From: an uncultured Pelagibacteraceae bacterium | GTDB taxonomy: Bacteria; Pseudomonadota; Alphaproteobacteria; Pelagibacterales; AG-422-B15 | DNA: 64,000 nucleotides | Assembly: GCA_902526565.1 (NCBI GenBank) | Contig: CABZLP010000002.1 | Location: forward strand, 38,191-102,190 | Direction of reading: 5' to 3' | In this document: piece by piece, positions 1 through 8,952 of the stretch | Position numbering within the stretch: the first letter of the stretch is position 1 | Layout of the letters: every line of letters begins with the position of its first letter | Translations under genes and position numbers: made by a program | The notes under the pieces: generated by a model | What the model saw: only the letters and a program-made list of their open reading frames with translations | What the model was told of the DNA's origin: nothing | The model's database searches: none

Positions 1-987
1 TGCCATTAAAGTTCTAGCTTTTGTTTCATCATTTACACCATTTCCAGGTCCTATGAGCACGCTTGAGACCCTTTTATCTTTCAAGAGCTTTTGAAAATCA
101 TTTTTTTCTTTAATTACGGATAACAACTCTACTGAGATTTGCGGTTCTAATATTTCCGCTGTTTCCTCATCACAGACCATAGTTACTGCTCCTGCTCCAA
201 CTCTCAAAGCAGACCGACCGGCTAATCGAGCTGCTCCAGTTTGATATTTTGGACCAGTATTAATAACCAACATTCCTCTTGAATACTTATGGTCACTTGA
301 TAAGGGAAAAGGAAATTGATTAATCCATAGAGACGGTTCATTTTTTTTTATTTTAGGCATAATTTCTTTTATTACATTTCTTGATATACCTATATCTTCT
401 ACTACTATTTCTCCACAGTACTTTCTTCCAGGCAATAAATAATGACATAGTTTTTTATTAAAAAAAGTTATGGTTCTTTTACTTTTGAATGCAGATCCAT
501 GAATTTCCCCCGTGTCACTATTTACGCCAGTTGGTACATCAATGGAATACACATCTAAATCAGAGGAATTAATTCTATCTATAAGTTCGTTTATTTCATC
601 TGATAGATTCCTGGAAAGGCCTATACCAAATAATGCATCTACGACATATTTATAATCAGATAAATCACTTGGTTTATTTTTAAATATCAGTTTATCTAAT
701 TTATTTTTATAAAACTGATTATCTTTGGATGGGATTTTTCCAAATTCTAAAGATACGACTTCCACTGCAACACCCAGATTTGATAGGAGTCTGGCAACTA
801 CGTATCCATCTCCACCATTATTGCCAGGCCCGCAAATGAATAAAACTTTGCCTTTATGATCAAGCGGAAGATTTTTAAGAACAGCCTCACCAGCTTTATG
901 CATCAAACTTTGACTGGAAATGCCATTTTTAATAGTAAGTTGATCAGCTGCTGACATCTGGTCGCTTGTAAATATATATTCAGTCAT
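1..987 (-). CDS. nnr: Bifunctional NAD(P)H-hydrate repair enzyme Nnr (YjeF_N epimerase + carbohydrate-kinase-like dehydratase); N-terminal 329 codons, 3' end lies beyond the window
   Basis: Absent from the ORF track because it has no stop inside the window. My own translation of the minus strand from ATG 985-987 reads MTEYIFTSDQMSAADQLTIKNGISSQSLMHKAGEAVLKNL..FICGPGNNGGDGYVVARLL..DALFGIGLSR..DVPTGVNSDTGE..HKYSRGMLVINTGPKYQTGAARLAGRSALRVGAGAVT..IGPGNG. The frame stays open to base 1. GPGNNGGDG is typical of the YjeF N domain, and HKxxRG plus GAAxLA are typical of the C domain. Confidence 0.85.
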   Translation of the reverse strand, partial: MTEYIFTSDQMSAADQLTIKNGISSQSLMHKAGEAVLKNLPLDHKGKVLFICGPGNNGGDGYVVARLLSNLGVAVEVVSLEFGKIPSKDNQFYKNKLDKLIFKNKPSDLSDYKYVVDALFGIGLSRNLSDEINELIDRINSSDLDVYSIDVPTGVNSDTGEIHGSAFKSKRTITFFNKKLCHYLLPGRKYCGEIVVEDIGISRNVIKEIMPKIKKNEPSLWINQFPFPLSSDHKYSRGMLVINTGPKYQTGAARLAGRSALRVGAGAVTMVCDEETAEILEPQISVELLSVIKEKNDFQKLLKDKRVSSVLIGPGNGVNDETKARTLMA

Positions 988-1109
988 ACTTTAAGAAAAA
1001 TATATAAGTTAATGAATCTCATAAATAATCGCAATCCATTTCACGTGCAGTCTTGTTGATCTTTGTCATTCTGGCATATGATCAATATGTATATAATCTA
1101 TCATTAATT

Positions 1110-1131
1110 TTAATTTCCTTCTGGAAATTAA
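1110..1131 (+). promoter_or_regulatory. Perfect inverted repeat TTAATTTCC-TTCT-GGAAATTAA upstream of glnB (operator or 5'-UTR hairpin candidate)
   Basis: It has 9-bp arms and a 4-nt spacer. It lies 13 nt downstream of a TATAAT hexamer (1092-1097) and 32 nt upstream of the glnB ATG. Confidence 0.3.
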
Positions 1132-1162
1132 TAATATAAAACAATCTGGTTAAAATACACCA

Positions 1163-1498
1163 ATGAAAAAAATTGAAGCGATTATAAAACCCTTCAAAAT
1201 TGATGAGGTTAAAGAAGCCCTTGAAAAGGTTGGAGTTCGTGGAGTTACAATGACTGAAGCCAAAGGCTTAGGTAGGCAACGTGGTTTTACAGAGGTTAAT
1301 ACTGGTGTTGAGTATGGAGATTTCCTTCCAAAAATTAAGTTAGAAATAATTTTACAAGATGATCTAGTTGATACAGCTGTAGAGGCCATAAGAGCGGCTG
1401 CTAACACCAATAGAATTGGAGACGGTAAAATTTTTGTATCAAATATAGATACTGTTCTTAGAATTAGAACTGGCGAAACTGGTTCTGATGCATTGTAA
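1163..1498 (+). CDS. glnB: Nitrogen regulatory protein P-II
   Basis: 111 aa. It has the [12 protein letters not shown] start, a T-loop [17 protein letters not shown](51)G that keeps Tyr51, and C-terminal DGKIFV and IRIRTGE motifs. It aligns with E. coli GlnB (from memory) end to end with a one-residue T-loop deletion. Confidence 0.93.
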   Translation: MKKIEAIIKPFKIDEVKEALEKVGVRGVTMTEAKGLGRQRGFTEVNTGVEYGDFLPKIKLEIILQDDLVDTAVEAIRAAANTNRIGDGKIFVSNIDTVLRIRTGETGSDAL

Positions 1499-1524
1499 AA
1501 TCAAACATAGAAAGGAAAATTAAT

Positions 1525-2505
1525 ATGTCAGACATAAAAACTTATGAATATATATGGTTGGATGGTTATAAGCCTGAACCATTCATGAGAAGCAAGGTCA
1601 AAGCAACAACTGAAACAGCAGCACCAGACTGGTCGTTCGATGGTTCATCGACGCAACAGGCAGAAGGTGGAAGTTCGGATTGTTTACTTCTTCCAGTTCA
1701 AACATATACAAATCCAAATGGACATGATTTGGTAATGACTCAGGTGCAAGCAGCAGATCACACAACTCACCCTTCGAACTTCAGAGCAGCAGCAGCCGAT
1801 GTTGTAACTGATGAATGGTGGTTCGGTTTTGAACAAGAGTTCTTTTTTACAGACCCTAAAACAGGTGAACCACTTGGATGGGAAGATGGCACACCAAGAG
1901 AACAAGGAGAATACTATTGTGGAGTTGGTGCTGGAAATGTTGTTGGAAGAAAAATTTCTGATGCACATTTAAATGCGTGTAATGACCTAGGGATTACTTT
2001 AACAGGTACTAACGCGGAAGTGGCGCTTGGACAATGGGAGTATCAATGTTTTGGTAAAGGTATTAAAGCAGCTGATGATTTATGGGTAAGTCGTTACCTT
2101 TTATTCAAAATCGCTGAAGAACATGGTGTGGGAGTGAATATACATCCAAAGCCAAAAACAGGTGACTGGAATGGTTCAGGTATGCATACCAATTTCTCAA
2201 ATGAACAGATGCGTACTGGCGGATCAGAAGAATTATTTTCCTCTATGTGCGATAAATTAGGCAAGGTCCATGAAGAAGGAATTGCTGCCTATGGATCTGA
2301 TAATGATATGAGACTCACAGGTCTGCATGAAACTCAGAGCATTGACCAATTTTCATATGGCGTGAGTGACAGAGGGGCAAGCATCAGAATTCCTGTTTAC
2401 ACCGTTGAGCATAATTGGAATGGATACTTAGAAGACAGAAGACCGGCTTCTAACGCAGATCCCTACAAAATACTTGCTCATATTGTTGGGACATTAACCA
2501 AGTAG
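1525..2505 (+). CDS. glnII: Glutamine synthetase type II (eukaryote-like GSII)
   Basis: 326 aa. GSII hallmarks are present: YIWLDG near the N-terminus, FGFEQEFF, NAEVALGQWEYQ, DWNGSGMHTNFS, RLTGLHET and GASIRIP. An SD-like AAAGGAAA lies in the 26-nt spacer after glnB. Confidence 0.85.
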   Translation: MSDIKTYEYIWLDGYKPEPFMRSKVKATTETAAPDWSFDGSSTQQAEGGSSDCLLLPVQTYTNPNGHDLVMTQVQAADHTTHPSNFRAAAADVVTDEWWFGFEQEFFFTDPKTGEPLGWEDGTPREQGEYYCGVGAGNVVGRKISDAHLNACNDLGITLTGTNAEVALGQWEYQCFGKGIKAADDLWVSRYLLFKIAEEHGVGVNIHPKPKTGDWNGSGMHTNFSNEQMRTGGSEELFSSMCDKLGKVHEEGIAAYGSDNDMRLTGLHETQSIDQFSYGVSDRGASIRIPVYTVEHNWNGYLEDRRPASNADPYKILAHIVGTLTK

Positions 2506-2525
2506 TCATTAACTAACTAGACATT

Positions 2526-2558
2526 AGCTCAGTAAATGTGTTAACTCATTTACTGGCT
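2526..2558 (+). promoter_or_regulatory. Stem-loop in the glnII-glnA spacer (12 bp with one bulge, 8-nt loop; no U-tract)
   Basis: AGC(T)CAGTAAATG (2526-2538) pairs with CATTTACTGGCT (2547-2558). It is followed by AAATGTATTGGGGATTATTTAAATG, with an SD-like GGGGA before the glnA ATG. Confidence 0.5.
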
Positions 2559-2580
2559 AAATGTATTGGGGATTATTTAA

Positions 2581-3990
2581 ATGACAACGGTTAATGATGC
2601 TTTAAAGAAAATCAAAGATGGCGGTGTAAAGTACTTGGACCTTAGGTTTACAGACCTGAGGGGTAAACTTCAACATTTGACGATGGATTGCTCTGTTGTA
2701 GATGAAAGCCTATTAAACGAGGGTGTTTTTTTTGATGGGTCTTCAATAGCGGGTTGGAAAGCTATTAATGAGTCTGACATGGTGCTCAGGCCCGACTTAT
2801 CAACCACAGTGATGGATCCATTCACAGCTCAACCTACAATGATGGTATTCTGTGATATCCTTGATGCCGTAACCAAAGAATATTACGAAAGAGACCCGAG
2901 AAGCACTGCAAGAAAAGCCGAGGAATTTGTAAAAAGCATTGGCGTTGGTGATACTGTATATATTGGGCCAGAGGCTGAATTTTTTGTGTTTGATGATGTT
3001 AAATTTCAAGTTGATATGAATAAATCAATGTTTGAAATTGATAGCACTGAAGGGCCTTATAATTCTGGAAAGAATTATGAAAGTGGCAATTTGGCTCATC
3101 GACCAGGTGTAAAAGGAGGTTACTTTCCTGTTCCTCCAGTAGATAGTGCTCAAGACATAAGAACGGAGTTTCTAGAAGAGTTAAAAAATTTAGGATTAAA
3201 AATGGAGAAACATCACCACGAGGTTGCTCCCAGTCAACATGAATTAGGTCTTTTGTTTGATACCTTGTTGAAACAAGGTGATGCAATGCAACTGTATAAG
3301 TACGGTGTTCATATGGTTGCAAATGCTTTTGGTAAAACTGCAACCTTTATGCCGAAACCTGTTAAAGGTGATAATGGTACAGGCATGCATACACACCAAT
3401 CTATTTGGAAAAATGGAGAGCCTCTATTTGCAGGAGATAAATATGCGGGCCTATCAGATATGGCTTTAAACTATATTGGTGGAATTATAAAGCATGGTAA
3501 AGCGCTCAATGCTTTTACAAATGCAAGCACAAACAGTTACAAAAGATTGATACCGGGTTTTGAAGCTCCCGTAATACTAGTTTACTCTGCAAGAAACAGA
3601 TCTGCATCATGCAGAATACCTGTATCCAATAGTCCTAAAGGCAAAAGAGTAGAGGTAAGATTTCCTGATCCTTCAGCAAATCCATATTTAGCTTTTTCTG
3701 CAATGCTGATGGCTGGACTTGATGGAATAAAAAATAAAATTGATCCAGGAAAAGCAGCAGATGAGAATCTCTATGAACTTTCAGATGCTGAAGTGAAAAA
3801 ATTACCAACTGTATGTGGATCTCTAAGAGAAGCTCTAGACAGCGTTGATGGAGATAGAGGATTTTTAACTGAAGGCGGCGTATTCACTGATGATCAAATT
3901 GATGGATATATCGACCTAAAAATGGAAGAAGTATACGACCTGGAACATTCCCCTCACCCAATTGAGTTTAAAAACTATTTTAGCGTTTGA
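2581..3990 (+). CDS. glnA: Glutamine synthetase type I
   Basis: 469 aa. Motifs seen: [10 protein letters not shown]-domain, [41 protein letters not shown] and the adenylylation-loop Tyr in ENLYEL. Confidence 0.94.
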   Translation: MTTVNDALKKIKDGGVKYLDLRFTDLRGKLQHLTMDCSVVDESLLNEGVFFDGSSIAGWKAINESDMVLRPDLSTTVMDPFTAQPTMMVFCDILDAVTKEYYERDPRSTARKAEEFVKSIGVGDTVYIGPEAEFFVFDDVKFQVDMNKSMFEIDSTEGPYNSGKNYESGNLAHRPGVKGGYFPVPPVDSAQDIRTEFLEELKNLGLKMEKHHHEVAPSQHELGLLFDTLLKQGDAMQLYKYGVHMVANAFGKTATFMPKPVKGDNGTGMHTHQSIWKNGEPLFAGDKYAGLSDMALNYIGGIIKHGKALNAFTNASTNSYKRLIPGFEAPVILVYSARNRSASCRIPVSNSPKGKRVEVRFPDPSANPYLAFSAMLMAGLDGIKNKIDPGKAADENLYELSDAEVKKLPTVCGSLREALDSVDGDRGFLTEGGVFTDDQIDGYIDLKMEEVYDLEHSPHPIEFKNYFSV

Positions 3991-4057
3991 TTTATTACGT
4001 AATGATTGAAATTTCCTTAAATAACGCTAATTTATTACTAGTTATAGGAATAAAAAA

Positions 4058-5233
4058 ATGGAATTAACTACAGAACATGAGGAATTAAAAAGATCTGCAC
4101 TTAGGTTTATTGAAGAAGAAATAAATCCGCATGTAGATGAATGGGAAGAGAACGAGATATTTCCTGCGCACGAACTTTTCAAGAAACTTGGCAATCAAGG
4201 ATTTCTTGGCGTCACAAAACCTGAAAAATATGGCGGCGCTGGCCTAGATTATTCATACGGCGCTGTTTTAAATGAAGCCATGGCCCATATAAAATGCGGT
4301 GGCGTTCCAATGGCAATAGGTGTGCAAACTGACATGTCGACACCCGCTCTTGCAAGGTTTGGCAGTGAGGAAGTTTGTGACCAATTTCTAAAGCCTTCAA
4401 TTTCTGGTGACTTTGTATCTTGTCTAGGAGTGTCGGAGCCAAGCGCTGGTTCAGATGTTGCAGCAATCAAGACGCATGCCATAAAAGATGGCGATGATTA
4501 TATTATCAACGGGTCCAAAATGTGGATTACGAATGGTACTCAGGCTGACTGGATGTGCATGCTCGCTAATACTGATAACGTAGCAAAAAATAAACACTTG
4601 AATAAATCTTTAATTTGCGTACCTCTTAAAGAAAATGGAAAACGGGCTAAGGGAGTAACCATAAATAGAAAATTAAAAAAAATGGGTATGCACTCATCTG
4701 ATACAGCAGAAATATTTTTTGAGGATGTTAGGGTTCCTCAAAGCTATTTAGTAGGAGAAGAAGGTAAAGGGTTTGTGTATCAAATGATGCAATTTCAAGA
4801 AGAAAGATTATACGCCGCCATAGCAAACTACACGTCATGCGAACTCGCCATTAATCAAACAATTGATTACACAAGACAAAGAAAAACTTTTGGCAAACCA
4901 ATACTCGACAACCAAGTTGTTCACTTTAAATTATCTGAACTCATGACAGAAGTTGAAGCTCTTAAAGCTTTAACCTGGAAAGGTATAGATATACACGTCA
5001 ACGGTGGCGATTGTACGAAACTTGCTTCTATGTCAAAATTAAAATCTACCCGACTTGCACGAAAGGTAAATGACGAATGTCTTCAGTTTTGGGGAGGAAT
5101 GGGCTTTATGGATGAAACCCCTATCTCTCGAGCATACAGGGATGGTCGTCTTGGATCAATCGGAGGTGGTTCCGATGAAGTAATGCTTGGAATTATTTCA
5201 AAGTATTTAGATATATTGCCAGGAAAAAACTAA
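4058..5233 (+). CDS. Acyl-CoA dehydrogenase (LCAD/IVD-type catalytic-base placement)
   Basis: 391 aa. ACAD motifs GVSEPSAGSD, KMWITNG and FWGGMGFMDE are present. Gly replaces the MCAD-type C-terminal Glu (IGGGSDE), while FQEERL supplies an LCAD-like Glu. Confidence 0.85.
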   Translation: MELTTEHEELKRSALRFIEEEINPHVDEWEENEIFPAHELFKKLGNQGFLGVTKPEKYGGAGLDYSYGAVLNEAMAHIKCGGVPMAIGVQTDMSTPALARFGSEEVCDQFLKPSISGDFVSCLGVSEPSAGSDVAAIKTHAIKDGDDYIINGSKMWITNGTQADWMCMLANTDNVAKNKHLNKSLICVPLKENGKRAKGVTINRKLKKMGMHSSDTAEIFFEDVRVPQSYLVGEEGKGFVYQMMQFQEERLYAAIANYTSCELAINQTIDYTRQRKTFGKPILDNQVVHFKLSELMTEVEALKALTWKGIDIHVNGGDCTKLASMSKLKSTRLARKVNDECLQFWGGMGFMDETPISRAYRDGRLGSIGGGSDEVMLGIISKYLDILPGKN

Positions 5234-6871
5234 TTACATTCTCGCTACGCCAAATGTGTTTGGCTTTAATTCTCTTTTATCTCCATCACTAATAATGTTT
5301 AAACATTCGCCCAATATTTTTCTTGTATCTCTTGGATCAATTATTCCATCATCCCAGAGTCTAGCTGAACAAAAAATAGCCTCGCCCTCCTCACGGTATT
5401 GATCAATTATTTTTTTCTTCATACCTTCTAACATTTCAAGATTTTTTCCGTAAATTTTTTTAGGATCCATTCCTTTTTTTTCAGCACCCTCCATAGCGAC
5501 CTGAGCCATAGTTCTTGCAGCTTGCTCACCACCCATTACACTCATTTTTGCATTTGGCCATGAAAACAAAAATCTTGGATCATAAGACCTTCCAGCCATC
5601 CCATATTCACCTGCACCAAAAGATGCCCCTATTCTTAGAGTTATTTTTGGAACCGTACAATTTGTAACTGCCTGTATCATTTTTGATCCGTGTCTAATCA
5701 TTCCTTTTGCTTCTTCCTTAGTACCCACCATAAAACCAGTAATATTTTGCAAAAAGATAAGTGGGGTATTTGACTGAGAGCAAATCTGAATGAATTGAGT
5801 TGCTTTGTTTGCACTTTCTGAAAATATAGGACCATTATTTGCAAGTATGCCAACTTTATAGCCATGGATGCTAGCATGACCCGTAATTAGAGTTTTACCC
5901 CATCCCTCCTTGAACTCTAGAAATTCAGATCCATCAGTAATTCTAGCTATTACTTCTCGACAATCATAAGGTGACTTATAGTCAACCGGGACAACTCCTG
6001 TTAGCTCATCAGGCGAATAAATTGGTTCTTTGTAATCATTCTTTTGCGAGGTCTCAAAATCATTATCCCAACCAATATTTTTCATAACGTCACGGGCTAT
6101 CTCAATTGCGTGAGCATCGTCTTTAGCCATATACTCTGCCAGGCCAGACACTGCATAATGCAAATCTGCTCCACCAATTTCTTCATCGGTTGCTACTTCA
6201 CCCAATGATGCTCTAAGTAGAGGTGGGCCCGCAAGAAATATCTTAGATCTCTCTTTAACAACTATTATGTAATCAGATAATCCAGTTTGGTATGCACCAC
6301 CGGCAGTCGACGATCCATGTACAACACCTATCGTTGGGATTCCCATAGCAGACATTTTTGCTAAATTTGCAAAACTTCTTCCACCTTTAATAAACATATC
6401 CGTTTGACGGAGCAAATTGGCACCTGCGCTCTCAATTAATTGAATAAAAGGCAATTTGTTTTCAAAAATCATCTGTGCACCTCTTAGTCCTTTTTCAACG
6501 CCCATTGCTGAACTGCTTCCCCCTTTGATGCCTGCATCTGATACACCAATCATGCATCTTACTCCTGACACGTAACCTATGCCTCCAATGCCATTGCCCC
6601 AGCCAATGCTCTTTTCTCCGTCATCATCACCAATCTTGTACCCAGCTAAAGTTGACAGTGGAAGCCAAAAGCTCCCCGGATCGAGAAGCTTTTTAAGTCT
6701 ATCTCGTGGTAATAGTTGGCCTCTTTTTTCGAACTTTTCTCTTGATCTGGCTGAGTTATCAGCAATTTTTTTTTCTAAAGTTCTGACTTCTTCTATTAAT
6801 TTTGCATGATCCTGCTGGTTCTTCTTGAAAGATTTTGAATTGATCATGATTTTTGATTCAATGACTGGCAT
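5234..6871 (-). CDS. Acyl-CoA carboxylase carboxyltransferase (beta) subunit, methylcrotonyl-/geranyl-CoA carboxylase type
   Basis: 545 aa. The N-terminus RGQLLPRDRLKKLLDPGSFWL, the two carboxyltransferase half-domains, and the GGAYQT and SFGAGEYGM motifs are typical of MccB/AtuC-like enzymes. No biotin-carrier alpha subunit gene lies in the window. Confidence 0.8.
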   Translation of the reverse strand: MPVIESKIMINSKSFKKNQQDHAKLIEEVRTLEKKIADNSARSREKFEKRGQLLPRDRLKKLLDPGSFWLPLSTLAGYKIGDDDGEKSIGWGNGIGGIGYVSGVRCMIGVSDAGIKGGSSSAMGVEKGLRGAQMIFENKLPFIQLIESAGANLLRQTDMFIKGGRSFANLAKMSAMGIPTIGVVHGSSTAGGAYQTGLSDYIIVVKERSKIFLAGPPLLRASLGEVATDEEIGGADLHYAVSGLAEYMAKDDAHAIEIARDVMKNIGWDNDFETSQKNDYKEPIYSPDELTGVVPVDYKSPYDCREVIARITDGSEFLEFKEGWGKTLITGHASIHGYKVGILANNGPIFSESANKATQFIQICSQSNTPLIFLQNITGFMVGTKEEAKGMIRHGSKMIQAVTNCTVPKITLRIGASFGAGEYGMAGRSYDPRFLFSWPNAKMSVMGGEQAARTMAQVAMEGAEKKGMDPKKIYGKNLEMLEGMKKKIIDQYREEGEAIFCSARLWDDGIIDPRDTRKILGECLNIISDGDKRELKPNTFGVARM

Positions 6872-6954
6872 GGTAAATCTCTAATATTTTCATGTTGTTA
6901 GACTAATAAAATATTACACAAAGTAAAGAATCTTGTTTAGTAATAGAACTATTA

Positions 6955-8952
6955 ATGAGAAAAAAAAATATAAAGAAAAAGTCACGCAAAAAAGGAAAGC
7001 TAAAAAATAAAATAGTTAGTAAACCAGGCAAAAGTTATACAGCAAAGGATATTGAGGTCCTTGAGGGGTTAGAACCGGTCAGAAAAAGGCCGGGCATGTA
7101 TATTGGTGGTACTGACATTTTAGCAATGCATCACCTAGTAAGTGAGGTACTTGACAACTCAATGGATGAAGTAGTAGCTGGTCACGCAAATAAAGTAGAA
7201 ATAAAGCTAAAAAATAACTCAACTATTGAAATATCCGATAATGGTAGAGGCATTCCAGTTGACAAGCATCCTAAATTCAAAATACCAGCTGCTGAAGTCA
7301 TCATGACTACACTTCATTCAGGAGGAAAATTTTCTAATAATAGCTATAAAACATCCGGCGGATTGCATGGTGTTGGAATTTCAGTAGTTAATGCTCTTTC
7401 GAAAAAATTAACACTTGAAATTGCGAGAGATAAAAAATATTTCTTGCAGGTTTACCAACAAGGTAATCCTAAAACGAAATTAAAATCTTTCTCAAAAGGC
7501 TCATTGAAAAAAGGTACAAGAATAGCTTTTTCTCCAGATACTGAAATCTTTGGTGATGACGCCTATTTCGATTCTTCGATTATTTATAATATGGCCAAAG
7601 CAAAAGCTTACTTAATACCAGATGTTGAGATTCATTGGTCTTGTGATAAATCTGTTTCAAAAAAGAATATTCCCATTAAGGACAAACTGCACTATTCAGA
7701 TGGGATAAAGGATTATCTTTGTAGTCTGTGTTCATCACAAGATCCAATCTTTGACGACCCCTTTTATTTTAGCACAAAAATTAGTGACGAAGATGGAAAG
7801 ATAGAAGGAATTATTAATTGGTTTGATGCTATAGAACCAATAAACGAGTCATACTGTAACACAATAAAAACTCCTATGGGAGGTACGCATGAAAGTGGTT
7901 TCAAAGCAGGTGTATTCAAGGCATTTAAAGAATTTTCAAAATTAAAGTACGAAAAAAAATCATCTCAAATAAATCAAGAAGACTTATTTGGATCTTCAGC
8001 TTCTATTCTATCTGTATTTCTCGAAAATCCAGAATTTCAAGGACAGACGAAAGAAAAACTATCAAGTATTGAACCGGGAAGAAAGATAGAAAGCAAAGTT
8101 AAAATATTGTTTGAACAATGGCTTACCTCAAAAACTAAATCTGCTGAGGAGTTATTTCTATATGCTTTTAATAGATCTCAATTACGACTTCAAGACAGAT
8201 CAAATCAAATAATTGATAAAAATATAAAAAGAAAAAAAACAACACTACCAGGGAAGCTGGCGGATTGTTCCATAGATGGAAACAAAGGCACAGAAATATT
8301 TTTAGTAGAAGGAGACTCAGCTGGAGGCTCAGCTAAACAAGCAAGAGACCGCAAAACTCAAGCGATTTTACCATTGAGAGGAAAAATATTGAATGTAGTG
8401 AGTGCGGGTAGAGAAAAAATTAATGCCAATCAAGAAATTATTGATTTAGTGCAAGCCATTGGCTGCAAGAGAGGTGAAAAATTTAATTCAAAAGATATCA
8501 GGTATGAGAAAATAATTATCATGACAGATGCTGATGTTGATGGAGCACATATATCAACATTGCTAATGGCATTTTTTTATAAGGAGTTTCCAAGACTTAT
8601 AGATGAAGGTCATTTATATCTATCAGTACCCCCTCTTTATCGGATTACCAAAGGATCAAAAATTTTATATGCAGTAAATGATAAACATAAAGACGAGATA
8701 ATTAAGAAAGAATTTAAAGGTAGTGAAGTTACTATTAATAGATTTAAAGGGCTTGGTGAAATGATGCCAGCTCAATTAAAGGAAACAACGATGTCACCCG
8801 ATAATAGAACATTACTAAAGGTACAAATTGCATCAAAAGATAAAAAGAGCTCACTCAAATCTGTAGACGCTCTAATGGGAAAGAAACCCGAACTTAGATT
8901 TAAATTTATTGTTGAAAATTCAAAAAAAATTTCTGCAGAAAGTATACTTTAA
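6955..8952 (+). CDS. parE: DNA topoisomerase IV subunit B
   Basis: 665 aa. GHKL/Toprim motifs: LEGLEPVRKRPGMYIGG, GGLHGVG, EGDSAGGSAKQARDR, LPLRGKILNV, IMTDADVDGAHI. It is too short for GyrB because it lacks the long insertion, hence the ParE call. It carries an unusual Lys-rich 25-aa N-terminal extension. Confidence 0.82.
   Translation: MRKKNIKKKSRKKGKLKNKIVSKPGKSYTAKDIEVLEGLEPVRKRPGMYIGGTDILAMHHLVSEVLDNSMDEVVAGHANKVEIKLKNNSTIEISDNGRGIPVDKHPKFKIPAAEVIMTTLHSGGKFSNNSYKTSGGLHGVGISVVNALSKKLTLEIARDKKYFLQVYQQGNPKTKLKSFSKGSLKKGTRIAFSPDTEIFGDDAYFDSSIIYNMAKAKAYLIPDVEIHWSCDKSVSKKNIPIKDKLHYSDGIKDYLCSLCSSQDPIFDDPFYFSTKISDEDGKIEGIINWFDAIEPINESYCNTIKTPMGGTHESGFKAGVFKAFKEFSKLKYEKKSSQINQEDLFGSSASILSVFLENPEFQGQTKEKLSSIEPGRKIESKVKILFEQWLTSKTKSAEELFLYAFNRSQLRLQDRSNQIIDKNIKRKKTTLPGKLADCSIDGNKGTEIFLVEGDSAGGSAKQARDRKTQAILPLRGKILNVVSAGREKINANQEIIDLVQAIGCKRGEKFNSKDIRYEKIIIMTDADVDGAHISTLLMAFFYKEFPRLIDEGHLYLSVPPLYRITKGSKILYAVNDKHKDEIIKKEFKGSEVTINRFKGLGEMMPAQLKETTMSPDNRTLLKVQIASKDKKSSLKSVDALMGKKPELRFKFIVENSKKISAESIL

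Noticed and set aside
1072-1090. TGGCAT upstream of glnB, considered as a sigma-54 -24 element.
   Set aside because: A GC dinucleotide does not occur at the required -12 spacing (the sequence is TGGCATATGATCAAT..). It does not fit TGGCAC-N5-TTGCW.
1150-1410. Many 60-140-aa ORFs in the track lie antisense to or nested within long genes. Examples: 1150..1410(-), 1684..1968(-), 2999..3343(-), 14932..15354(+), 19996..20307(-), 39234..39548(-), 54046..54327(+), 63106..63399(-), 63275..63691(-).
   Set aside because: Each lies inside a longer ORF on the other strand or in another frame that has clear family motifs. Their translations are low-complexity with no recognisable motifs. They are typical shadow ORFs of an AT-rich genome.
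3994-4003. The palindrome ATTACGTAAT lies 4 nt after the glnA stop. I considered it as a possible terminator.
   Set aside because: It has no loop-forming spacer, is almost entirely A/T, and has no U-tract. It is within chance expectation.
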